Source of the DNA: Cetorhinus maximus
Taxonomy: Eukaryota
Assembly (NCBI RefSeq): GCF_964194155.1
Contig: NC_135891.1
Span: forward strand, 98,270,001 to 98,334,000
Length of the DNA stretch: 64,000 nucleotides
Reading direction: 5' to 3'
The position numbers and the translations under genes were made by a program. Under the pieces are notes generated by a model. That model did not search any database. It had not been told where the DNA came from and saw nothing but the letters and a program-made list of their open reading frames with translations. Shown piece after piece: positions 36,637-50,043 of this stretch (within the stretch, counting starts at the first letter, position 1; the number at the start of each line of letters is the position of its first letter).

Positions 36637-38602
36637 GTAAGTTATTGTTGAAAACATTCAATAATGTAGGCATTTTGGAGGGAAAATATCTGTACATTCA
36701 GAATTAATTTAGAATGACCTTAAATGCTTGCTTTTATGAGGGTCCATTTACTTCCATTGTTCCTTATTCAACATAGCCTACATAATGTTTGGGGAGCCAC
36801 ATGAAGTTAGTTAAATATTACTTGCCACTATTATTCTGCCACCAATACTCTGTAAAGTAACAAAGCATAATCCGTAACTTGCTACCCACTGATTTCTAAT
36901 ATGGATTCAAATAAAATTTCAGTTTTCTGTAGGTTATATTGGATTAAAAAAACTTTTAGCTAAGTAGCACTCTTACTGTTGTGCTTGAGCTTGCCTTTTG
37001 AATATAGGAATTCCAACTAAATTTGCTATGAATTGCCAAAGTTTGTAGATTATTTACCATCTTATTTCATTTCCCAGGCAGTGGACGAAATTTAATGGAG
37101 CCTGCAGGAGCGGGCATGATGGAGGGGAGCTGGGAGAATCCGGCAGGAGTACCTGTGTCTGATTTTCAGCATCGGGAAAATTGTCCTGAATTTAGTGGGG
37201 GATATAAGAGAAGTCAATTTAGCTCACTAATGAGCCTGTGCCTCCCGATGGTTGCACAGCAAACTCTATCAGGTTTAGCTGTGGCTCTGTAGTGGCTGGG
37301 TCCCACAGGCACTCAGTGACCGAGTGAGAAACCTGGCACCGGGCAGGACCTGCCCGTGCATCCAATGCCCCACACCTCCCGACCTTGATCTTCCCCCCTT
37401 CTGTTGCCGGCTCCACAAAACCTCCATCCCTCCCCACTCGCCTATCTCCAGGGATGCAGCGATGGTCCCTGGTAAAGGTCTCGGAGAATTACCAGCATGA
37501 GGCACTGCTACCAGTGGCGCTGCTGGCAATGGAGACTGCCGGCCTCTCATTGGCCAACAACTGTTGGGGGCAGGGTTTTGCCCTACTGGAGCCTTGACTG
37601 TGTGGGACACAGGGCTCCCACTGGTTCTTCAACCGTGCGAGCGACTCCTGTTGCACAAATTAAATTCCACCTGGTAAATGGATGTGAAAGGAGATGGGAT
37701 TCACTGCATGAAATGTACATTGACTGGAAGAAGGTACATTAAGTGTAGCATGATTCCCAGACATTTTCTCTCCTCTTCCTTTCCCATCACCCCTTCAAAT
37801 AGTTCCAGTTGTGTGGGGATCCATTCCATCAAATCTTCAGATATGTGGGAGGAGGAGAAAAGGCATTAGTGTTCATTAGGCAGTTCTCAATTTTTCTACC
37901 CTTGCCTTGGAAGAGCAATGTTCAGCCAATGCTTACAGCAGGTCTGCCAGTGAATGGCGGTCATTTGCTTCTCAAAGATTGACATCCTTCTCTTATTTGG
38001 AGCAGTCAGGAATTTAAAACTTCGGTCCTTGGTGGGAAAAAGTCCAGACGAGAAATAGACACAAAGTAGCAGTGGAAAGATTGGGGAAATGGACAAAAAC
38101 ATAGTTGAAAAGTGTAACAGAATAAAGGTCAGCCTATTTTAAGTGGTGTGTTCTTAATATGGAAATTTGCTTTTGCTTAGAAGTGTTTTTCTGCGATGGT
38201 CACATTATATTGAGCCTTAAACATTTATGACTAAGGTAAAAGGTTATGCGCAATATAGTTTGTGTGCACAATTGTCTGAAAAAGTAGGTGTCACAAATTG
38301 CAGATAGGCCTCCCAGCTCTTGGCCGGAATTTTGAGGTCGGTGGGCGGGTGCAGTGGGCAGGCCCAGCAGCAGACTGGAAATGACCCAATACCAGCGATC
38401 GGCCCCTCACCGTGATTTTATGCTGGCGGGCCAATTAAGGCCCGCCGAGCGTGAATAGTGGCTCCCCAATGGTTGGGAAGGGGTAGGTGAGGGCCTGCTG
38501 ACCGTGGGATCCAATGGTGGCTGGTTTAAAACCAGCACAGTCAGGCCCTGGAAGGCTGCTGGTGGCGAAGACATCTTTGATGTCAGCAGGAGAGCAAATA
38601 TT

Positions 38603-40440
38603 ATGGATACAAATGCAGCTGTAGACGCCAGGCGGGTGGGCACTTGGCACCCCCCTTTTCTGATGAGTGCCAGGCGGTCCTCCTGGAGGAGGTGGCTGCC
38701 AGGAGGGTCACCCTTGTCTCCAGGGATGGAAGGAGGAGGTCGCCGCACCTAACATAAGAGCTTGGGAGGAGGTGGCAGTGCTGGTCAGCAGCCATGATGT
38801 GGTGCAGCTTACCTGCATCCAGTGCCGCAAGAGATATAACGACTTGCTACTCTCAGGAAGGGTGAGTACCGTGTTGGCATGGATCATTGTGTTGAAGTGT
38901 TAAGGGCTGGCCGTCCCCCTGTGGAGCTCAGGGGTGTTAGAGTCTGAGTGCCAACTGTCAATGACGCCGGAGCTGGCCAAGGAGGTGAGCCTTGGCTGCT
39001 TGGACTGAGTGCCTTGTGGCCCAAGGGCCACGACTTGGATCTGCCCTGCAAGGTGCTGCTCAGGTGGGTTGGCCAGGCTGTAATGGTGCTGCAGGTCGCG
39101 TGGACTAGTCAAGGCTCCTCTGTCCTTTCAGGAGAAGACAGCCCATAACAGCATTGAAAGGCTGCAGACAGGCTGAGGCCCCCCAAACCTCCTCATCCTA
39201 ACCAGGCATGAATAGGATGCTCTTTGAGATGGAGAGCCGGCATGCACCTCGGTCAACCAGCCGTCCAGAGGCTGGGGTGTCAGACGAAGGTAAGAGTGCA
39301 GTGCACCGAGGTGAGAGTTTCGGATGGTGCAAACCTCCTTGTGTAGCCTCATCGTTGATGGGAGCCTCAACACTGCATTCCCCATTGACGATGGCACCTT
39401 GATGCAGATCTCCATGGTTTCACCAATGTGTCTAGCGTGCACAGTGACATTGTGGTGACTTAAACTAATGACATGTCCTTGTTCTCCCTTAGGTTTCCAC
39501 CACGCACCCAGTCTCAGGACCCTGAAGACCCACCCCTGATGCCAGAGGACCATTAGGCTCCAGATGCACCTGCATCACACCTGCTCTCTGAACCGGGCAC
39601 CAGTGCAGATGCCAGCACCTTGGTGGACGTTAGATCTTTGGCTAGAATGTTGGTGCACAGGAGTGAGGGCACTTCACACTCGCTTGAGGTGCAGGCGGAG
39701 GCAGAGTGTTCCCAGGGCACCTGCAGTCGGAGGATGGCTGGAGACCAGGACGATGCTCAGCCGAAGGCAGATGATGAGCCGCTAGAGTCGTCCATTAGGC
39801 AGCAGATACTGAATGTCCAGCAAGATGTGTGGGAGGATCTGGCAGAGATCCATGAGGGAATGCGTGCCATGGTTTCCATTATGGAGGAGCCCATGTGGAG
39901 CATGAGTACTGTGTTGACCATCATGGCTGAGCGCACTGCCTCCTCCATTGAGAGAGTGGCAACTCTCATGGAGAGGCAGCTCCAGGAACAGAATCGGATT
40001 CCTAGGGTTGCGCTCGGACCTGCGAGCCCTCTTACAGGCACTGAGCTCAGGTGGTCAGTGTCTGTGTGGAAGATGGATGAGGCACCCAGTATCCCAACCA
40101 AGTACCCGCCCATCAGTGGTGAGCAGGGAGGTCCAGAGTGACTTCACATTGGCGCACGAGCTGCCTGTTGTCTCTGCAGGCTCCTCTCAGAGCGCTCTGG
40201 ATGATGGCAGCAGCTCCTCTGCCCCTCTGACCGTGACATCTGATGAGGCTGCGGCGACTGGGGAGATGCCAGCCGTGGAACTGGCCGCTCCCTCCCAGGC
40301 GGGGCCAGCATAGGCTGCACTAGTCAGAGGACGACTGCGAAGGTCATCGAGGCCAATAAGACAGTCAGCAGGCTGTTTCCAATGCCGGTGCCAGCAAGGG
40401 GCAAGCACCAAGATGTAGCACTCACAAATGTAAGTTTAAG
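38603..40440 (+). pseudogene. Harbinger Myb/SANT-like DNA-binding gene remnant (probably 3 exons)
   Basis: RAWEEVAVLVSSHDVVQLTCIQCRKRYNDL then donor |gtgagt (~38861); next exon EKTAHNSIERLQTG*GPP (from ~39132); coiled-coil-like third exon; stops and frameshifts. Confidence 0.8.
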
Positions 40441-40779
40441 GCACCATGAGCACAAGAGGGACTGGTCCGGGTAATCTTCTGTTGTGCAGTGTTTTGTTTC
40501 TTTTAACTGATCTGGGGTTGAAGACCAAGAAGGTTCTGTTAATTTGTTTTGACTGTCAACATGAGATAAATTTTCTTTTGTTGTAATGGCCTGGGCATAC
40601 TTCACCTTTTTTTATTTAATGAGGTGCAGGGTATGCCAGTATGTAATGCTGGACCTGGACGGCTCAAAACTTTATTGCACAGGCATTGAGTACTTTGGGG
40701 TCAAAGGAAAGGGCCATTTCAGACATGTGGGATGGAGACGGCAGCCCTGGCATAAGGTGGTAGTGCTTGTTTGGCAGCC

Positions 40780-41991
40780 TAGCTGTTGGATTAAGGTGTC
40801 CCTGCCTCCCTGGAGGCTACATAGGTCTGCCTCCACGCCCTCAGCGTTCTCCTCACCGTGATAGTCTTCTGACTGACTACTGGAGCCATCATCTGTGGCC
40901 CGTGGAACTGCGTCAGCATCCTCTTCCTCCAGTGGGTCCCCCCTTTCCAGTGCCAGATTGTGGAGAGAGCAGCATGCAACCACTATCAGTTACACCCGCT
41001 CTTGGGGATATTGGAGTGCTCCCCCTGAACAGTCAAGGCATCAGAAGTGAGTCTTCAGAAGACCCGTGGCCCTCTTTATCATTGTCCTTGTGGAGGCATG
41101 GCTCCTGTTATACCGCTGCCCTGCCTCTGTTCTTGGGTGGCGGAGAAGCTTAATAAACCACCTTTTCAAGGGAGAGCTCCTGTCACCCAGCAGCCATCCA
41201 TCCAGTCGGGCTGGAGCACTGAAGTGCCTGGACACCTGGGAGTTCCTCAGGATGAAGTGTCACGGGAGCTGCCAGGGTACCTTGCACAGACTTGCAGAAT
41301 ATGCACTCTATGGTCTCTCACTATCTGCACGTTCATGGAGTGGAATCCCTTCCTGTTAACAAAGGCACCTGGCTGACCCCTGGTGCCTTGATGGCCACAT
41401 GTGTGCAGTAGATTGCACCCTGGACGCTGGGGAACCCAGCCATCGCTGCAAAGCCTCTGGCTCGCTCAGCCTGGTTGGCCTCGTCTGTAGGGAAATGAAT
41501 GAAAGTCAATGCTCACCTGAACAGAGCTTCTGTCAACGGCTTGACGCAACTGTGGACAGCTGATTGGGAGACTCCACGCAGATCCCCCACTGACCCCTGG
41601 AAAGAGCCAGAGGCATAGAAGTTGAGGGCCACTGTGACCTTCAGAGCCACTGGCATGGGGTGTCCACCCACACAGTCGGAGCTGATCTCAGGCCTGATCT
41701 CAGGCCCAATCATCTGACAGATGGAGGTCATCCTGTCCTGTGAGAGGTGGAGCCTCCTTCGGCATTGGACATATTGAGGTAGCTGCATCACCGCCTGTAA
41801 ACCCTGGCAGCAGGATAGTGGTGTCTTCTGCGGCCCCTTCCACCTTGGACTTCCTGCTGGCCCTGTGCCTGCGCCTCTCCTGCCACAGGTCGCTCCCCTG
41901 GAAGCTGCATAGGGACACCTGGCCTCCTCTCCCTTCTGCCCCTCTCTTCCTCCTTGGAGGAGGTGCCACCAGCAGAGACTACAATCCCCAT
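40780..41991 (-). pseudogene. Harbinger transposase remnant
   Basis: Fragments [64 protein letters not shown] and VACCSLHNLAL in shifting frames. Confidence 0.88.
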
Positions 41992-44083
41992 TACCAGGGT
42001 TAAAAGAAAGCTGTCTGCACCCTGGAAGGGTCCACACAGTCTGAATTCTCCGGGGTCTTTGGAAACACCAAGGAGTCATGAAATGAAGCCTGGAAATGCT
42101 AACAATGAAGCCCCAAACAGAGATGAAGCTGCCACATACCAATAAGTCACCAGCAGCAAACTATCTACCAACTCCTCACTACCCATACTGGCAATGCTGC
42201 TGACCTTTTTTAACCCGCCTGTGGATGAGGTTTTTGAAATTGTCGGCTGGCCGTCTGCCCATTTTGCCCATGCAACAACCATGAAATCACACAGTCAATG
42301 AAAAATCGGCATCAGTTGACTTTTTAATTGCCTTAACTGGCCTTTTAAATAATGACGGGCGCGGTTCCGGCACCCCGTGCGCATGCCGAGGGAAATATCG
42401 AGCCAGTGCGTGATGACATCGGGATGCTCACCTGACGTCATGATGTGCTGTTTTACGCTTGAACGTGTCAGCTGCGCACCCGCACACTGAGCGAAAAATT
42501 CTGCCCCTTGTGTTACTGAGAAGAGGATATTGGCCTACATTTTCTCAAAAGCGGCGTTGTTCCAGAAGCCATTCATTCTTAGTGGAATTGTTGCCACAAT
42601 TGCTTTTTGCTCTTTGTTTTACTGAGACTTTTTAAATAATGCAGTAGATCATCTAAGGTGTTACAAATAGTAAGGACAGAAGTCTTGTACACTATATAAT
42701 GTACAATATATTGTTCTGTTCCTTTAAGGCTGCAAAATATAATTACTGTTAAAGAAATTGTCCTTGGCTTAATCAGAGTTTAATTTTTGTGCAGTGTGAA
42801 AAATGTTTAAGTTTTGGGTATTAAGTGACTGGCTTTTTCCATAAGACAGTCTTGTATTTGTAGCAAAATGTGATTGCCTCTCGTGTTTATCTTTTCAATG
42901 TTTATATATTAATATAGTCGTTTAATAAAATAGTCACCTGATGAGACAGCATGTTAGCAGTTACTAAGTTGTAAATGTCTCATATCGTTAATAGCTCAAA
43001 GATTGTTACAAGTAGATCCTGCCCTATTAGGATTCAAAATGATGCCAAGCCTGCGTTCTGTATATTTAACATTCTGTAAACCTACACACTTGCAAAGATA
43101 TTTTTGTTGTACCAAGCAGCACTCCTCCAATTCTGGCCTCTTGAGCATCCCCAGCTTTAATCACTTCTTCATTGGTGGCCCTGCCTTCAGCTGCCAAGAC
43201 CCTAAGCTTTGGAATTCCCTCCATAAACTTCTCTTCCTCTCTTTTCTTCTTTAGGACACTACTTAAAACCTACTTTATGACTAAGCTATCAGCCCTAATA
43301 TCTCTATGTAGTCTAGTGTCAAATTTTTGTTTGGTAACTCTTCTGTAAAGTATTTGGGCTATTTTGTTGTGTTAAAGTTGCTATGTAAATGTAAACCATG
43401 TTGCTATAAGATCTAGGAGATTTTGGATTATTTCCTGAATTGTGTTTTTTTATCTTTGGGAAGTGCTGCATGTCTCAGCCCTTCAGTTTGAAAAATATTC
43501 TGAGCCTGAAGCTGAAACTTCTAGATTTCTACAGAGCCACTATACAACTTGGGTATTAGCAAAATAAACTGTGTGCCATCTATTAACCCATCTAACAAAA
43601 AATGTGACTTGCATCTTATTGCAGTGATCTCATTCTTTTAATTAAATTACCAGATTTTTTTTCTATTTCTGTTGAAATAAATGGTTGTCATGGTCTTAAC
43701 TGATTAACCAAATTTCGTTTTTTTAAAGAGCAATAAGCCTATCTTTTCTAGTTTTTTATGAGCAGACAAACTGTTGCTCGCTAATCACAAGATATATGAT
43801 TTGACAGCAGTAAAACTATATTGTTCACTCTGATCCACAAACCAATAAGATCCATTGAACAGTGTTGAGGTGTACATCCGACTAAGTTAAGGTCACCAGA
43901 CCAACAGCCAAGAAAACAAAAATTATTGGTCTGTAGCAGAGAAAGCACAATGATCTGCAAGTATCACCATTCATAAATAGACCTGTTGACCATTTTTAAG
44001 ATGGTGCTGCATAAATGGCCTACGTAAATTGAGCATTGAGTACATATACTGAACATATATTTTGATTTTTGTGTCTGTTCTAG

Positions 44084-44147
44084 GAAAATGAAAAATCACC
44101 CAGTCAAAACAGAAAAGCAAAGGATGCAACCTCCGACAGTGGCAAAG
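44084..44147 (+). CDS. FZR1: FZR1 coding exon 3
   Basis: ENEKSPSQNRKAKDATSDSGK; AG/GT ends, 64 nt. Confidence 0.95.
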
Positions 44148-45400
44148 GTTCAGTACATATAGTTCTAGTTACTTTAATTATGCCGTAGTTACGCACAGGA
44201 AACTAAAATTTTACAATCTTTAGACATTCAGAAAAGGTAGTTCTTCAAATGTGTTCAACCTTAAGGAAAAAATGTAACAGAATGGTTAAAAACAAATTTG
44301 ATTAGTATGTGGGAACTAATTTATTTTGCTGTTGAGGTTGGAAATTAGGGCAAATAATGTATTAAGATAATTAGAGGAGTGAGAGTGGAGCAGTATTGCC
44401 TCTGTCTATTCATCTTTTTCCTTCTCCATTCTCTACCCTTCACCTTGCACTTCAAGGGGATCATCATTCCCTTTTCTGGGCAGGCAGAGGGGCCAAACAC
44501 TGATAACAGTTCTTATTAACACAGGTGCACGGGTGACCCAACTTTACCTGCATTGTTCTTTCACCAACTTCAACAAAGTTCAAAAAACAGAAACAAAATG
44601 CACCCAGGTATATCAGAGAGAAGGTCTGAAGAGTCCCACTGTTTACCAAATAGTTTATTACAACCCTCCTTAATATTAAAAATAAGTTAAAGGCATACGT
44701 GTATTTAATTCCTACATTTTTGTATTGGAAGTTCTTCACGTCTTTCTGCTTTCACAACTCTTGCAAAACATTAAATGTTTGAAATGCCAGCAACATAAGA
44801 TATTAAATTGTAATATTTTAAAATTAGGATTTGAATAAACAGGCTCATCGTCCCCAAAAAGAGTGCAGAGAGTAGTTAGAAAACCATTTATACAGCGGGT
44901 TGTTGAGAAACATTGGGAGGAAGCAGAATTTATAATGGATTTAAAAAGAGAAATGGATGCATATTTGAGAAAGAAAAAAACTGAAACAAGTACGAGTGAA
45001 CAGTAGTGGAGAGGGCTAGATAACAGCCTCAGCTGGTGTATTCTTCAGTGTCCTGGCAATACCTGTTCCAGATTGTTGGGTATTAAGGAAATCCAATAGA
45101 TATGAGGATAATGTGGGAAGGTGGAGTTAAGGTAGAAGATCAGCCACAACCTTATTGAATGGTGGATTTGGCTCGAAGGGTCATATGTCCTACTTCTCCT
45201 ATTTCTTATGTTTATGAAAGATACAAAATATTAGGATAGGAATGGTTAGAAAAGATCCAGGAACCTGGTTGTTAGTCAACTGGCAAGCCTTAGCCTGAAT
45301 CATCTAGGCAGACACCAGATGCGAGAATAATTCTCCTGGCCACACCATACCAAATCAAATAATGGTTCCGCTAGTTGGAGATGCAGAGCCTCAACAGTGT

Positions 45401-47096
45401 TCCCTCTTCACCCAAAAGAATGAGGATGAAGGTATCGAACTCGGGGAGAGAGACTGCGAGGTTCTTGAGCAAATTGATATATGGAGTGACAAGGTATTGG
45501 AGGTGTTGGCAGGCTTAAAAGTGGACAAATCTCCTGCAGGTCCGGATGATTTGTGTCCCAGACTGCTGAGGAAGGCAAGGGAGGAGATCGCAGGGGCTCT
45601 GACCCAAATTTTTAATTCCTCTCTGGCCACGGGGGAGGTGCCAGAGGACTGGAGAACAGCTAATGTGGTTCCGCTATTTAAGAAGGGTTGTAGAGATAAG
45701 CCAGGGAACTATAGGCCAGTGAGTCTCACATCAGTGGTAGGGAAATTATTGGAGAAAATTCTGAAGGAGAGAATCTATCTCCACTTGGAGAGGCAAGGTT
45801 TGATCAGGGATAGTCAGTGTGGCTTTGTCAGAGGGAGGTCATGCCTAACAAATTTGATTGAATTTTTGAGGAGGTGACCAGATGTTTAGATGAGGGTAGT
45901 GCAGTTGATGTAGTTTATATGGATTTCGGTAAAGCCTTTGACAAGGTCCCACATGGGAGACTTATAAAGAAGGCAAATGCACATGAGATACAGGGTAATT
46001 TGATAAGGTGGATTCAAAATTGGCTTAGTTGTAGGAGACAGAGAGTGATGACAGAAGGATGCTTTAGTGACTGGAATCCAGTGTCCAGTGGCATACCACA
46101 GGGATCTGTGCTGGGTCCCCTATTATTTGTCATTTATATAAACGACATAGTTGACTATGTGGGAGGTAGCATTAGTAAGTTTGTGGATGACACAAAGATT
46201 GGCAGGGTGGTTAACAGTGAGGTTGAGTGTCTTGGGCTACAGGAAGATATAGCCGGGATGGTCAAATGGGCAGATAAGTGGCAGATGGAATTTAACCCTG
46301 AAAAGTGAGAGGTGATACACTTTGGAAGGAGTAATTTGACAAGGAAGTATTCAATGAACGGCATGACACGAGGAAGTTCTGAGAAACAAAGGGACCTTGG
46401 TGTGTGTGTCCATAGATCTCTGAAAGCGGAGGGGCATGTTAGTGGGGTGGTGAAAAAGGCATATGGGATACTTGCCTTTATCCATTGAGGCATAGATTAC
46501 AAAAGTAGGGAGGTCATGTTGGAGTTGTATAGAATCTTGCTGAGGCCACAGCTGGAGTACTGTGTGCGGTTCTGGTCGCCACATTATAGGAAGGATGTGA
46601 TTGCACTGGAGGGGGTGCAGAGGAGATTCACCAGGATGTTGCCTGGGATGAAACATTTAAGTTATGAAGAGAGGTTGGATAGACTTGGGTTGTTTTTGTT
46701 GGAGCAGAGAAGATTGAGGGGTGACCTGACTGAGGTGCACAAGATTGAGGGGCATGGACAGGATGGATAGGGAGCAGCTGTTCCCCTTAGCTGAAGGGTC
46801 AGTCATGAGGGGACATAAGTTCAAGGTGAGGGGCAGGAGGTTTAGGGGGGATGTGAGGAAAAACTTTTTTACCCAGAGGGTGGCAACAGTCTGGAATGCA
46901 CTGCCTGGGAGGGTAGTGGAGGTGGGTTGCCTCGCATCCTTTAAAAAGTACCTGGATGAGCACTTGGCACGTCATAACATTCAAGGATATGGCCAAGTGC
47001 TGGTAAATGGGATTAGGTAGGTAGGTCAGGTATTTCTCATGTGTCGGTGCAGACTCGATGGGCCGAAGGGTCTCTCCTGCACTGTGTGATTCTGTG
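45401..47096 (+). mobile_element. 5'-truncated CR1 LINE (RT domain and 3' tail), 8-bp TSD AACAGTGT
   Basis: WRTANVVPLFKKG, NYRPVSLTS, DFGKAFDKVPH, GIPQGSVLGP, KFVDDTK; frameshifts; tail ctgtgtgattctgtg; TSD at 45393-45400 and 47097-47104. Confidence 0.93.
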
Positions 47097-48814
47097 AACA
47101 GTGTCTCTTTGGAAACCAAATCTTGGTACAAACAGAGCCTGGATATTCACATGTTCTTGTACACAGATACATGTACCTCAAAACTGCTGACCCAAGACTG
47201 AGCATTGTCTAGCTATATGACGTACATTGATTTTTTTTCGATACACTGTTTTGTTGTTAATAAGGTGTGGCTGCCTGCAAAGATCAGAATCCTCCACTGC
47301 ATGGGGCCAGCCATGCATTCTACTATGCAGTCCAAATGGATTGTCAGGAGATTTCAGTATTTCAGGATTCCTGGCCTCTTTAGCTGCTCTTGTACAAAGA
47401 CCACTGTTGCTACATGCACCTTGCCCAGTATAAATGCTTTTGTAAAGCTCTGTGTTATCCTCCTGCATTGATCTGCCTGTTACTGTTCCCTAGTTGGCAT
47501 GGAAAAGTGGACTATAGGGACACTCCCTGAAGTTTGTGGGCTTTGGGGAAAAAACTACCCTACTGCTTTGGACCAGGTGCACCCATGGGTTGAGATATGG
47601 CCAGTCATACCTTCAGCTGCACACTTCTACCACTAGATGGAGCTTCCGATCTTCATACCAACAGCATCATTAATGCACCCTGATGGAAATGTGCTGTCTT
47701 GAATTTCTTTTCTTTGGGGTGGGGGGACAAAGCAAAAAGCCCACAGAAGATCCACTAATGTAATGTTTAAAATCATTTTCCAATTTATTGTGTAGAAACT
47801 TTCATATGTTACATGCCTTCACCGCATTGAGAAGGTGGCGTAATATTAATGTCCATTGGACTAGTAACCGAGGCCCAGACTAAAGCTCTGGGGCATGGGT
47901 TCAAATCCCATGATGGAATTTAAATACAATGAATTAATTCAAATAATTAATGGAGCTAGTTTTAGTAAAGATAACCATGATACTATCATCAATTGTCATT
48001 AAAAACTTATCTGGTTCACTAATGCCCTTTAGGAAAAGAAATCTGCTGTCCTTACCTGGTCTTACCTACATGTGACTCCAGACCCACAAGCAATGTTGTT
48101 GACTCTTAACTGCCCACTCAGTTGTACCAAGCTGTTACCACATGGACTGCAGTGGTTCAAAAAGGCGGCTCTTACCACCTTCTCAAGGGCAACTAGGAAT
48201 AGACAACAACACCCAGACCTGATTGAAAGAATATAAAAAACATGCAACCTTGTAGGATAGAGAGGTGAAAAACTGAATTTATATTACATATCATTGCTTT
48301 TGCAAAATGTAATAATCATTTTAACAATTCACATCAATTGTAAGGAAATTGTTCGGAGCTAAAGCAGGCCTCTGCATAATACTGAAATGTGTGCTCAATA
48401 TTAGGTGTATTTAGGGATATTATAAATGTTATGACAACTACATTGTGCACAGTGCTCAATTTAAAATCCTCCTAGGTGAATAATGAAATGAAGAAACCCT
48501 GAAAATGAAATCTATATGTGAAACTTTGATTTTAAAGTTAAAATGTACTCTGAGGGAAATGTGCTGTGTTCTGATATTTTGTGGGCAAAGCCACAGAAGG
48601 TCCAGTCCGCCTCTTCAAAACTGTGAAGTCAAGTTCCCTGGCTCTCACGATTTTGTGATCTTAAATCATCGGTGGATTAAAATAGTCATTTTTAGTGAGT
48701 TGTGACGTCTTTCGTCTATCCGTAGATTAAGGGTAAACTTGATGCAGAAATTAAACTGTTTTGTGTTTGGAAAGCAGTTGGTAAAACTTTGTTTAACTGT
48801 CATTGTCAAATATA

Positions 48815-49024
48815 GAAAGAAGGTGTTGTACTCCCTGTATCATTGGGTTGAAAGAAGGTGTTGTACTCCCTATATCATTGGGTTGAAAGAAGGTGTTGTA
48901 CTCCCTATATCATTGGGTTGAAAGAAGGTGTTGTACTCCCTATATCATTGGGTTGAAAGAGGGTGTTGTACTCCCTATATCATTGGGTTGAAAGAAGGTG
49001 TTGTACTCCCTATATCATTGAGTT
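48815..49024 (+). repeat. Minisatellite, 6 x 35 bp (gaaagaaggtgttgtactccctatatcattgggtt)
   Basis: Units start at 48815, 48850, 48885, 48920, 48955 and 48990; near-identical, with no spacers. Confidence 0.95.
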
Positions 49025-49367
49025 GAGTGCATATTATTTCAAGTCACATGATTTGATCACAGAAAACGTCTGCCTTCCACCTGCTGTGATGCCAACTGAC
49101 AGTTAACAAATCACTTGCAACTAATAAACATTACTGCACTGGAAGGTACTGCATGCACCTCAAAATATAATGCTGGTAAACCACCCCATTTGCTCTTTCT
49201 CAGTTTAAAGTTCTTTCAACCCTGCATTTTGTAAAATGGAACAGGATAAAAGCCTGACAAGTATTACAACTGTTTACAGTGCTATAAGTGAAAACTGCAT
49301 CCTACTTGAGCTTACTTTTTAAATTCTATTTTTCTGTGTTTCCCTCTGGCCCTATTTGGTTTGACAG

Positions 49368-49495
49368 ATGGACTTGCTTATTCTGCATTACTTAAAAATG
49401 AGCTGCTTGGAGCAGGCATTGAAAAAGTTCAAGACCCTCAAACCGAAGACAGAAGATTACAGCCTTCAACGCCTGAAAAAAAAAGTTTATTCAAG
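49368..49495 (+). CDS. FZR1: FZR1 coding exon 4
   Basis: (D)GLAYSALLKNELLGAGIEKVQDPQTEDRRLQPSTPEKKSLFK; 128 nt. Confidence 0.96.
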
Positions 49496-49960
49496 GTATG
49501 CACTTTTCATCACTGAAAACAGAACAATTGAATCTGTTCACCTGTACTGTCACCATTTTATACCAAGTTTTACTTGTTAAAAATTAATCCCTAGATGATT
49601 TGTCAACTTTTAGTCCTGTTAATTTCTTCTCCAGTATTTTAATAATTACTTTAGGTCCCTCACTTTCATTAGACACTTGACTCCCTGCTACTTATGTTAA
49701 GTAAATGGAAATACATTTATGTATTTATCACTACAATTACATTTATGATTCTATGAACTGATTATTCTATTAATGTTGACTTTATAGCATCACTGAAAAT
49801 GAACTATCTATATTTATTGAAAATCCAGATCTTAAGAGCTTTGTTCTCTACCTTGCCATGGAATACATTAAACCACCATTGTGTTCCCCAATTGGAATAT
49901 TTAAAAAAAAATATTGGTGTTAACATCTGTAACCAATCTTGTACTGATTTTATTTTCTAG

Positions 49961-50043
49961 TACTCACTCAGCACTAAGCGTGCAAGCCCTGATGATGGAA
50001 ATGACATTTCACCTTACTCCTTATCCCCTGTTAGCAATAAAAG
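49961..50043 (+). CDS. FZR1: FZR1 coding exon 5
   Basis: YSLSTKRASPDDGNDISPYSLSPVSNK(S); 83 nt. Confidence 0.96.

Larger units (their letters stand above)
38322..42506. mobile_element. Full-length decayed PIF/Harbinger DNA transposon in an FZR1 intron, ~31-bp imperfect TIRs, 3-bp TSD CTT
   Basis: Left ggccggaattttgaggtcggtgggcgggtgc; reverse complement of the right end gggcagaatttttcgctcagtgtgcgggtgc; CTT at 38319-38321 and 42507-42509; two convergent gene remnants inside. Confidence 0.9.

Noticed and set aside
38603-40440. Myb/SANT remnant as the functional partner of the domesticated transposase gene
   Set aside because: It has in-frame stops and frameshifts and lies within the TIRs of a separate decayed transposon.
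48815-49024. 35-bp repeats of CRISPR-like length
   Set aside because: Head-to-tail units with no unique spacers, no cas genes, and a eukaryotic intron: a minisatellite.
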